Origin: an uncultured Chloroflexia bacterium
Lineage (GTDB): Bacteria; Chloroflexota; Limnocylindria; Limnocylindrales; CSP1-4
Direction: 5' to 3'
Length of the DNA: 64,000 nt
Assembly: GCA_963734535.1 (NCBI GenBank)
Contig: CAVTHS010000004.1
Span: 150,820 to 214,819, forward strand
Numbering within the stretch: position 1 is the first letter of the stretch; the number at the start of each line of letters is the position of its first letter. Under the pieces are notes generated by a model, which saw only the letters and a list, made by a program, of their open reading frames with translations, was not told the DNA's origin and did no database searches. The translations under genes and the position numbers were made by a program. This document shows, piece by piece, positions 9,277-18,053 of this stretch.

Positions 9277-11073
9277 CTACCGCGACGGCAGGGTCGTGCC
9301 CGCGAGGACCTGGCGGAGGACGAACCGGCCGTCGGTCGCCGGGTCGAGCAGGTTCGGCTGGCCGTGATCGACCACGACGATCGGCGAGAGCCGGACCTGG
9401 GCCAGTCGCGTCCCGACGAACGTGAGGGAGGTGATGATTCCCTCCTGCGTCTGCCGGCTCCAGTCCTGGTCGAACCAGAAGTTGCCCTGGCTGGAGCCGA
9501 CGTACCGATACGTCGATCCCGTCTTCGTGATCGAGAGCGCCCCGGCCCAGTGGAAGTCGGCCCCGACCACGTGGTCCACGCCCGCCGCCACCAGCGTCTT
9601 CACGACGCCGAGCTGGAACGCGGTGAACGTTGCCCGGTACTCGACGGAGCTCCATTGCGGGAGCGCGATCACCACCTGCGCCCCCTGGGCGCGCGCGCTC
9701 GCGACGGCCTTCGCCACGTTCGCGGGGGTCAATGCGGCGACGCCGGCCGATGACGCAGTCGCGTACGCGGATCCGCCGATCGAGTCGAACCCGACGAAGC
9801 CGAAGGTGACGCCGCCGGCATCGACGACGGCCGGACGGAGCGCCTGGCCAAGCGAGCGACCGGCACCCGTCGGCTGGATCCCGGCGGCCCGGAAGAGGTC
9901 GACCGTCTCGCCCACTGGGCCCAGGCCCGCGTTCGTCGTGTGATCGGCCGCGACCGTGACGACGTCGAAGCCCGCCCGGGCCATCGCCGGGGCCACCCGC
10001 GGGTCGATCGAGAAGACCGTTCCGCTGTCGTGCTGGACGAAGTTGCGGGTCATGGCGCACTCGAAGTCGCTGACCGCCACGTCGGCATTCCGGATCAGGT
10101 TGCGGACCGCGCCCGCATTGCCCGTTCGGACGGCGTCGACGACCGTCCAGCCGAAGCGCGGGTCCCAGTGCGTGCCGGTGTACCGCGCCGTTCCCCCGGC
10201 CGCGAGCCAGTCCCACCCGCGACCCAGGACGTTGGTCTGGTGGCTGACGCCGCGATCCGGGCAGTTGACGCCGGTCGTCACGATCACCCGGACGTCGGCC
10301 ACGGTCCACCGGCTCCACGCGGCCGGCCACGCGGCGGGCGTCGCGATGACCAGCGGGTACCGGGCATTCCGGGCAGGCTTCTCGCCAAAGAGGTCCGCTC
10401 CGTCCAGGGCAACGGCCTTCACGCGCGGGCTGACGAGCGCGGGCGGGACCAGGGCCAGCTGGGTCCTTCCCGGGCCAAGGGCGGCCGTTACCTGGTCCGC
10501 CGGCACGCATGCCGAGGCGGCGCTCCCCGCCTTCCCCAGACACCGCGGCGACCGCGGCCTCGGCCCCGCACGGGACGATGAGCGTGCCGGCAGCGAAGCG
10601 CGCAGCGAGCGTCGCGCGGCTGACGGTGGTCACCGCGTAGTTGTCGAATGCGCTGACGACGGCCAGCGGGACCGTGGCCGCGCCCGGACCAGCTGGTGCG
10701 CCCGGGCTCGCGGAGGCCCCCGCCGCGCCGGCGGGCGAGGCGACCGGCGACGCCGCGGGAGACGCAGGCGCCGAGCGGCGGGAGACGCGAGTGGATCGGC
10801 CACGGTCGACCCCTTGGCGGATGCGGATGCGGGGCCCGCCACGGCAGCGGCCGACGCGCCGCCCGTCCCGCTGGCGCCAGTGCCCGCGCTACCCGTCCCC
10901 CCGGGACCGGGCGGCGTGCCCCGGGCAGGCCCGATCGCGACGGCGGTGCCGAGAAGGGCTGCCACCGCGACGAGCGCCAGGCCAACGACCGGGGCCGCGC
11001 GTCGTCGCGGCCCGTCGGCTGGCCGATCGGGACCCTCGCGCCGGCTTCTCGCCTCCTGCCCCTGGTCACCCAT
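9277..11073 (-). CDS. CapA/PGA_cap-family metallophosphoesterase-like protein with an N-terminal TM helix; two frameshifts (~10775, ~10520)
   Basis: ADVAVSDFEC, GFDVVTVAADH, QWSSVEY, VVGADFH, SQGNFWFDQ. Confidence 0.8.
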
Positions 11074-11095
11074 GCCGGCCACTATGGCGCAGCGG

Positions 11096-12415
11096 TCAAG
11101 AACCGACGACCGTGCCGGGGGCCTGGTCGGCATCCGCAGGTGGATCCCAGCTGCCGATGCTCGCGATGATCCCGGGCAGGTAGCGCCGGCGGTGGACCAG
11201 CAGGCCGAGCGCAACGAGGATGTACGCGGCCGAGAAGACGAGGCGCACGTCGGTCGTGGGGAACGGGAACTGGACGATGAACAGCCCGAAGATCGCGGCT
11301 GCCTCCCACAGCCCGAAGCGGCGATCCGCGAGCACGGCGAACGCGAGGAGGGCCTGGGCGCTGGTGAGGAGGAACTCCTCGGTCTGGCGATCGTCGAGCG
11401 GCAACGGCGCGCCCGCGCCACCCCCGAGCGAGTACGCAACCCAGAGGCTCCCCACCAGGAGCGTCCACTGGTTGACCTTCGCGGAGAGCAGCATCCCGAG
11501 GCCGTCGGCGGCGTGGAGCCGCCAGGCGAAGATCGTCGCGACGATCAGCTCCGGGGCCTCCGACGAGAGTGGAGCCAGCCACTGGACAAGCAGGAACTGG
11601 TCGATCCGGAGCGCCTCCCCGGTCGCAACCAGGCCGTCGGCGAACGGCTTGGCGGCCATCACCACGATCGCCGCGGCGGCGAGGAAGAGGCCCGTGACGA
11701 GAACGCGCCGCGAGGCGCGGGGGAGGAGCGCGATGTCCGCCGCGACGCCGATCAGCTCGGGCTCGCCGCGCCCCTCGCGGGTGACGCGCCAGAGGTAGGC
11801 GCCGAAGAGCGCGAGGAGGACGACCGCGTCATACCAGGCGATCGACCGGGTGAACGGGATCACGAAGGCGTATGCGCTGGCGATCGCGAGGAAGGCGAGC
11901 TCGACCCGGTTGTGGGTGGGCAGCACGACCGCCGGCTCGCGGTTGCGAGCCATCGTCTGCGGGCCCGCCGAGACCGCGCTGACTGCCACGACCACGCCAT
12001 CCCCCCGCCGGCGCCGCATCGCCCAGAACGCCACGAAGGCGACGAGCGGCCAGCCGATCCCGATGAGCAGCCGGTTCGACCCCGTCATGTTCGCCGCCGC
12101 GTACTGCGTGTACGCCGGGTCGCCGCCCCCCGTGTACGAGAAGTACAGGTCGACCGCGTATTCGGGCAGGACGGCGATCAGGGCGAGGATGGCGATGGCC
12201 AGGCTGCCCGAGATGTCGACCTGGGCTGCTTCGGCCGCCCACGAGAGGAGCACCGCGGAGGCGACCACGCCGGCCCCGAAGACCAGGACCGTCAGCTCGG
12301 GCGACAGGACCGTCCCGGTGAGCCGGATGACGATCGCGGGGAGGGCAACGCTCGCGGTGATCCCCAGCCTGCGCCACATCGATCGACCGGGTCGCCCGAG
12401 GGCGCGTTCCTGCAT
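11096..12415 (-). CDS. Sodium:calcium (CaCA-family) antiporter
   Basis: Multi-TM protein with alpha repeats AVLPEYAVD / ANMTGSN and APLSSEAPE / SAKVNQ; alternative start at 12379. Confidence 0.88.
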   Translation of the reverse strand: MQERALGRPGRSMWRRLGITASVALPAIVIRLTGTVLSPELTVLVFGAGVVASAVLLSWAAEAAQVDISGSLAIAILALIAVLPEYAVDLYFSYTGGGDPAYTQYAAANMTGSNRLLIGIGWPLVAFVAFWAMRRRRGDGVVVAVSAVSAGPQTMARNREPAVVLPTHNRVELAFLAIASAYAFVIPFTRSIAWYDAVVLLALFGAYLWRVTREGRGEPELIGVAADIALLPRASRRVLVTGLFLAAAAIVVMAAKPFADGLVATGEALRIDQFLLVQWLAPLSSEAPELIVATIFAWRLHAADGLGMLLSAKVNQWTLLVGSLWVAYSLGGGAGAPLPLDDRQTEEFLLTSAQALLAFAVLADRRFGLWEAAAIFGLFIVQFPFPTTDVRLVFSAAYILVALGLLVHRRRYLPGIIASIGSWDPPADADQAPGTVVGS

Positions 12416-12439
12416 CCGGACAGGGTACGGGCGCGAGCG
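12381..12439 (-). repeat. 59-bp direct repeat, copy 1 (-10 box, ATG and first 12 codons)
   Basis: 50/59 identical to 15187-15245 by manual alignment. Confidence 0.85.
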
Positions 12440-12702
12440 TACCGGTGCGCGAGGCGCAAACCGCCCGCGACGGTTCGAGGAGGCGCGACCCCGACCCCGG
12501 CGACCGGCTCGGGTTCGCGGCTCGCGTGCTGTGACGCATCGTGAGCTACCCCGTGTTGTCAGGCGCCGGGTTGCCGGTCACTTCGGTGGTGCAGGTGACC
12601 GCCCCGGGACGGCTGTCGCCCTGATCACCGCCGAGCGGTGTCAGGTCGACCGCGTGGACCTGTCGGATGGAGCTGACGGCGCCGGCCCGAACTCGTCATG
12701 GC

Positions 12703-14118
12703 CTAGGGTCCGGTCAGGTCGGCCTCGACGATCGAGACCTCGGCCGCGGCGATGTGCGGCCGTCCCGTATCGAGCAGGGCCCGCTCCACCGTCCGTTGGG
12801 GATCGGCCCGGTACGAGCCCGGTGCGTCGCCGGGGCTTGTCACGGCCCCGCGGTACGCAATGACCGTCCGGTCCGCCTTGCCATTCTCGCGCACGAGGAT
12901 CGAGAAGCCGTGGTACCCGAGGCCTCCCTGGGGTGGGACCCCGGTCGTGACGGGCAGGGACGCGAGCTGACCGACGAGCGCCGCCACCTGCACCTCGGTC
13001 AGGGCCCAGGACGGGTCCGGCCGGCCGGAGTAGACGCCAAGCGTGACGGTCACCGTCGGAAGCGGGCTGTTCGCAAGCGGGGCAAGCGGGCCGCTCGGGT
13101 CGATCAGCCCGGCCAGGTGGGTGACGGGGATCGTGACCACCGGCATGCCGGCCGCGTACGGGGCCACCTGGTACTGCCCGAACGTGATCTCGAGACCGCC
13201 CGGCGTGACCGCCCACGCGGCGTAGTTGTCGGCGGTCGGCTCGGTCCCGGTCGCGAGCCACGTGGCCATGGAAGAGTCCGTCATCCAGTCGGCCAGGGTG
13301 ACCTTGAGCTGTGCCCTCGCCTCGGTCGCGAGCACGTCCATGTAGCTGCTGCCCGGACGGAACAGGTCCGCGAGCGCAAGGCGCCTGCCGGACGCGAGGT
13401 CGAAGGTGAAGGTGCTCAGCACGTCGGCGCCGTGGGCAGCCCCCGACGGGTAGGAGTACGAGTTCACGCGCAGGCTCAGCACGTCCGGCGAGGTGTACGC
13501 GACGCTGTAGTCGACCTGGAGCGTCGAGGGCTGGTTCGGGCCGGCCTGCGGATCCTTGCCGATCCCCGACGTGAAGTCCCGGACCGCGGCGTCGGCCTGG
13601 TCCTGGAGCAGCTTGTTGATCGCGGCGCCGGCGGGCGCGTCGCCGAGGCCACTGACCCGCGGGTAGCGCACCTGGTAGGTGGCACCCGTGGCAGCGGCGA
13701 CCCCGCTGAGCACATCACCGGTGACAGTGGGGTCCGCGCGCGGCGTCAGACTGGGGCTCGGGGCCGGGCTCACGCTCGGGGCCGGGCTCGGGCTCGGCGT
13801 CCCCGCGATTGGAGAGGCCGACGGCGACGGGACCGGGCCACCCACATCGACGGGACGGCCGTCGCCTCGGGCGGCCCAGGCGACGACGACCACCGCGACG
13901 AGCACGATTGCCGCAGCACCGGCGAACCGGAGCGCCCGGAGGCCTCGGGTCAGCCGGGCTTTGGCCCGCCAGGCCGGAACCTGCCTGGTGGCAAGGACGG
14001 ACGCGCGGACGCGCTCGACTGCGGGTTCGAAAAGCGACCGTGGTCCACGCTCCATCCATTCGCGCAGCTTCAGGCCGAACCCCTCATCAACGACGACCGG
14101 GCGCTTCGGCGTGGTCAT
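12703..14118 (-). CDS. RsiV/PdaC-like (DUF4163/DUF3298) membrane protein, possible anti-sigma factor
   Basis: Short cytoplasmic N-terminus, TM helix, SP linker; VRYPRV, GAAHG, TFDLASGRRLALADLF, FGQYQVAPYAAG. Confidence 0.8.
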   Translation of the reverse strand: MTTPKRPVVVDEGFGLKLREWMERGPRSLFEPAVERVRASVLATRQVPAWRAKARLTRGLRALRFAGAAAIVLVAVVVVAWAARGDGRPVDVGGPVPSPSASPIAGTPSPSPAPSVSPAPSPSLTPRADPTVTGDVLSGVAAATGATYQVRYPRVSGLGDAPAGAAINKLLQDQADAAVRDFTSGIGKDPQAGPNQPSTLQVDYSVAYTSPDVLSLRVNSYSYPSGAAHGADVLSTFTFDLASGRRLALADLFRPGSSYMDVLATEARAQLKVTLADWMTDSSMATWLATGTEPTADNYAAWAVTPGGLEITFGQYQVAPYAAGMPVVTIPVTHLAGLIDPSGPLAPLANSPLPTVTVTLGVYSGRPDPSWALTEVQVAALVGQLASLPVTTGVPPQGGLGYHGFSILVRENGKADRTVIAYRGAVTSPGDAPGSYRADPQRTVERALLDTGRPHIAAAEVSIVEADLTGP

Positions 14119-14234
14119 GCCAGTCCCCACTCGGCGAGCCGGCCGAGCCTGGTTGATTCGCTCCATGCGGGCACCGGGGCGAGACCGGCCGTGTCCTGAG
14201 GGGAGCAGCCGAGCTCGGTCATGACCCACTCGAC

Positions 14235-15221
14235 CTACGACAGCGACCCGCGCGGTGCGTGGCCGGCCCAGCGGTGAGCGCGGACGGCCGCCAGCAGGTC
14301 CGGCGACAGCGGCCCGGCGGCCGCGGCGGCGACGTTCGCGGCCAGGTGCTCCGGCCGGCGCATCCCGGGGATGACCGTTGTCACGTCGGGGCTCGAGAGG
14401 ATGAACCGCAGGGCGAGCTGGGCGAGCGTCTGTCCCTCCGGCACGAGCGGGCGGAGGGCGTCGACGCGGGGGATCGTGGCCCCGAGGTTCGCTGCCCCGA
14501 AGTACGCGTTCCGCCAGTCTGCCTCCGGCCAGCGGCTCTCCAGGGTCAGCGTGCCCGCCAGGCTTCCCTCGTCGAGCGGAACCCGGGCGATGACCGCCAC
14601 GCCAAGCTCCCGGCAGGCGGGGAAGAGCTCGTCCTCGGCCGCCTGGTCGAAGACGTTGTAGACAACCTGGACCGAATCGATGAGACCGGTCCGGAGCGTC
14701 CGGAGGACGTTCGCCGGCTCCCACCGGTTGACGCTGATCCCGACGTGCCGGGCAAGGCCCTCGCGGCGAAGGTCCTGGACGGCGCGCTGCCAGCCCGGGT
14801 CGTCCGCCCACTCGTCCTGCCAGACGTGGAACTGCGCGAGGCCCAGCGCCGGCACCTTCGCCCGGCGGAGGATGGCCTGCACCGACGAACGGACGTGGTC
14901 CGGTGGAAAGACGTCCCGGATCCGGTCGCCCGGCCGGGCCGGCCACTGCCGGTTCTTCGGGGGGATCTTCGAGGCAAGCAGGAGGTCGCGGCCGGGATTC
15001 TCGCGTGCGAGCTGGCCCAGCATCTCGTCGCTGTGGCCCGCGCCGTAGACGAGCGCGGAGTCGAAGAACGTCACGCCGGCGTCCACCGCGGCCTGGAGGA
15101 CGGCGAGCGACTGGCGGTCGTTGGCGCCGGTCCACCCGCCGATGCCTCCGCCCATCCCCCACATGCCGACCCCGAGCTCGCTCACGGACCGGCCGGTCCG
15201 CCCGAAGGCGCGTTCCTGCAT
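14235..15221 (-). CDS. Aldo/keto reductase
   Basis: FGRTGRSVSELGVG, FFDSALVYG, GISVN, VQVVYN, VIPGM; leaderless TACGCT-6nt-ATG. Confidence 0.93.
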   Translation of the reverse strand: MQERAFGRTGRSVSELGVGMWGMGGGIGGWTGANDRQSLAVLQAAVDAGVTFFDSALVYGAGHSDEMLGQLARENPGRDLLLASKIPPKNRQWPARPGDRIRDVFPPDHVRSSVQAILRRAKVPALGLAQFHVWQDEWADDPGWQRAVQDLRREGLARHVGISVNRWEPANVLRTLRTGLIDSVQVVYNVFDQAAEDELFPACRELGVAVIARVPLDEGSLAGTLTLESRWPEADWRNAYFGAANLGATIPRVDALRPLVPEGQTLAQLALRFILSSPDVTTVIPGMRRPEHLAANVAAAAAGPLSPDLLAAVRAHRWAGHAPRGSLS

Positions 15222-15245
15222 CGGCACAGCGTACGGGCGCGCGCG
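15187..15245 (-). repeat. 59-bp direct repeat, copy 2 (native AKR promoter and start)
   Basis: Matches 12381-12439. Confidence 0.85.
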
Positions 15246-15316
15246 ACGGCGGGGATGCCGGGAATGCGGTCAGCCCGGCCGGACGCCGAGTCGCCTGGCA
15301 GGGAGACGCGCGGCGG

Positions 15317-16930
15317 TCAGGCCGTCGGTTCGGTGCCGCGAGCGACGGCGCGCGGGTTCGTCCGTGCGGGCCGCCGCTGGAATCTTCGCAGGATCGTCCG
15401 GTCGCGTGCCGTGAGATCCCATCGGCACCGGCACAGGCCCTTCGGGCAGCCCGGGTGCGGCAGCCGTGGTGCGAGAAGCTCCTTGGCGATCCGGCAGATC
15501 CGCCCATCGTCGGCCCGGCAGACGTCGCAGCAGGCCGCGCCAACGAGCTCGGCCTCCTTGGCGATCTCCGCGATGCCGCGCAGCTCGGCCGCGACCCCGT
15601 CCCGGTGCAGCGTGATGATCGCCTCCGGGAGCGTCGACGGCGAGCGGGCGAGACGGAAGAGGGCCATGGCCTGCTCGCGTCGGATCCGGGAGGCGTCCTC
15701 CCAGCGCCGGTCGCGCTTCGCGGACCGGAACGCCCGCTCGACCGTGTTCATGAAGAGCGCGCGAGCGGCTTCCACCGTTTCCTCGGAGAGCTGCGCGGCG
15801 GCCAGGCGAGCTGCGCGCTCGGCCGGCGCACCGGCCTCAGCCCCGAGCTTGAGCCAGCGCTCTCGCTCCCGCGTCCAGCGGTGGGAGCTGGCGATCCGCC
15901 GGCGCTCAGCCTCGAAGAAGAGGACCGCGGCTTCCGTCAGGTAGACCGTTCGCCCGTCGAGGCGCTTGACGACGATCCGGTGGCGACAGCGCGGGCAACC
16001 GCGACTCGACGTCGGCGGCGGCTCCAGCAGGACGGCGCAGTACGGACACGAAGCAGCGACGGCCACGACCCTGGCTGCCGCCTTCGCCGGTTTGGCGCGA
16101 CGGGCGGACGCGGAGCGTGGGCTCTTGCCGGCGGGCTGTGCCTTCGTCGCCGACCGAGGCTCGGGTGGGCGGCGCTTCGCCCGCGCCGGGGTCGAGGGCT
16201 CGGTGTCGATGCCGCGGCTCGCGGGCGTGTCCAAGTCGGCCTCCCGGGGGACCGCCGGGGGCGCGTCGACGGGACCTGCCTCGAGCGCCAGCCCGGGGTC
16301 ACCGACCTCGCCGGCCTTGGCCAGATCCAGGAGATCGGGAAGCGCACCCTCGTCGGCTTCCGCGGCGCTGCGCATGTCCGAGGCAATGCCCATGTCCGAG
16401 GCGCTGCCAATGTCCGAGGCGTCGCTGACGACCGAGGCGTCGCCGCCGTCCGCGGCCGCAGTGGCGCCCGGACCGCCGTCCAACGCGTAGTCGACAGCGG
16501 CGCTCCACCACGCTTCGCCGGGTGCGGCGGCGACCACCGAGCCAGGTCCCGCCATGACGCCGACCATCGCTCCACCCCGGGGCTCGGAAGGCTTCTCGGT
16601 GCTGGTTTCGTGAGTCTCCGCCCCCTCGCGCGCGGCCCCGCCCGCCCCGGCGCCTGCGGAAGGAGGCCCGATCACGATCGCCGGGTGTGACCTGCCGCGC
16701 CGCTTCGGCCCGGGCGGGCCATCCGCCGCTGGCGGCACATCCGCCGCTGGCGACTGGTCCGCCCCGGGTTCGTCGGAAAGCGCGTCGGCCTCCGACTGGT
16801 CCGTGGGAGTGGTCGGGTCACCGCCGCCGAAGATGTCCGCGAGGCGCGCGGCGAGACGCATCCGGTCGAGCTCGAGCTCGGCCTCGTCGATCTTCTGTCG
16901 CGGTCGCAACAGGCCTGGCATCTTCGCCAT
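15317..16930 (-). CDS. Hypothetical protein with a long disordered N-half, a zinc ribbon and a C-terminal Cys/His domain
   Basis: CPYC..CPRC and CCDVC..DG..LPHPGC..GLCRC; three 18-bp repeats (ATGTCCGAGGC) near 16374-16427. Confidence 0.75.
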   Translation of the reverse strand: MAKMPGLLRPRQKIDEAELELDRMRLAARLADIFGGGDPTTPTDQSEADALSDEPGADQSPAADVPPAADGPPGPKRRGRSHPAIVIGPPSAGAGAGGAAREGAETHETSTEKPSEPRGGAMVGVMAGPGSVVAAAPGEAWWSAAVDYALDGGPGATAAADGGDASVVSDASDIGSASDMGIASDMRSAAEADEGALPDLLDLAKAGEVGDPGLALEAGPVDAPPAVPREADLDTPASRGIDTEPSTPARAKRRPPEPRSATKAQPAGKSPRSASARRAKPAKAAARVVAVAASCPYCAVLLEPPPTSSRGCPRCRHRIVVKRLDGRTVYLTEAAVLFFEAERRRIASSHRWTRERERWLKLGAEAGAPAERAARLAAAQLSEETVEAARALFMNTVERAFRSAKRDRRWEDASRIRREQAMALFRLARSPSTLPEAIITLHRDGVAAELRGIAEIAKEAELVGAACCDVCRADDGRICRIAKELLAPRLPHPGCPKGLCRCRWDLTARDRTILRRFQRRPARTNPRAVARGTEPTA

Positions 16931-17175
16931 CGCCCTGGTCCCTCGCCTACCGGCTGCCAGCGGTCCACCCTCGCTCGCCTGAAGCCCAGCAGCTGATCGC
17001 ATTCCCTACCGTGGGGGCGCAGCATACTCCTCACCCACCCGGTCTCGTCCAGACCCCAATCGAGCAACCGGTGCGCGCGCGCACACGCCCGGTGCGCCCG
17101 CGCACCCCGGGTGCGCCGGGCGCGCGCACCGTGTTCTCGCTTCTCCGGCGAGGCTCGGACGGCCTGGCCGAGGCG

Positions 17176-17811
17176 ATGCGAACGACTACCATTGGGGCCG
17201 TGCTGGACTTCGATGCCTACGCCGCCGACTGCCGGCTCTCCGGCCAGGTGGAGCCCGGGGAAGGTCGCCTGACCGATCGGCTCAACGCCACCCAGGAGCT
17301 GTCCATTCGCGCCGCCCGACTCGAGAGCCTGGCCGACGGCCACGTCGTGGAGATGGCGGAAATCGTTGTCGGGTCCGCGGAGCTGTGTGCCGTGGTCGCC
17401 AGCGGACCCCGGGGTGATCTCGGCCGCCGGCTGCGCACGCACGCCACCCGGGTCTCGGTGAACCTCGGTCCGTACACCGTCGTGGGACTGGTGCACGGGA
17501 CCCCAGCGTCCGATCCCCTCGGAGCGGCCGTGCGGCGCGCCGCGTGGTTGCCGATCACGGAGGCGACCGTCACGTACCAGCGCGGCCCGGACTCGGTCTC
17601 CGAGGAGGTGGCGACGCTCCTCGTCAACCGGACCAGGGCGAGCTCGTTCCGGGCTCTTGAAGAAGCCAGCGTCGCCTTTCCCTGGGAAGCGGACCGGGTG
17701 CCCCGGCCCGCGACGGCGCGCGCGATCGACTTCACCGGCACGCTTCGCGACGTGGAGCGTCCCGATGATGACGAGCCGAAGCCGGCCCGGGATTCGGGAT
17801 CCCCGCTCTGA
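17176..17811 (+). CDS. Hypothetical protein (possibly DUF6812-like tandem beta domain)
   Basis: Globular composition; RLTDRLN, GPYTVVGLVH, WLPITEATV, LLVNR. Confidence 0.7.
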   Translation: MRTTTIGAVLDFDAYAADCRLSGQVEPGEGRLTDRLNATQELSIRAARLESLADGHVVEMAEIVVGSAELCAVVASGPRGDLGRRLRTHATRVSVNLGPYTVVGLVHGTPASDPLGAAVRRAAWLPITEATVTYQRGPDSVSEEVATLLVNRTRASSFRALEEASVAFPWEADRVPRPATARAIDFTGTLRDVERPDDDEPKPARDSGSPL

Positions 17812-18053
17812 CCGATCCGCGCGATCCGGTCCGCCCGACGCGGTCCCGGCGTCGCCGCGGGCGAAGGCCCTCGCGATCCTGAGCCGCGGCGCGCGTGCAT
17901 CCCGATGCCCGCGCGTGCAATCGATGCCCGAGCCCACGATGGGTCAGCTGGGCCGCACGCGGCGACCCTGCGCCCTGAGGCATTCGGCGCCATGCTGCTG
18001 TCCGCACCTGCCGGCGGGATTCCCGCAGCGGGGGAGCGCGCTCTGAGCGGACC

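Noticed and set aside
12540-12700. Cluster of hairpins upstream of the antiporter as a cation riboswitch
   Set aside because: No riboswitch consensus recognised, it lies upstream of the apparent leaderless promoter, and it may be a coding remnant; an Rfam scan would settle it
16374-16427. 18-bp tandem repeats here and similar ones at 37240-37310 and 60920-61035 as CRISPR-like arrays
   Set aside because: In-frame low-complexity coding repeats without unique spacers; no cas genes
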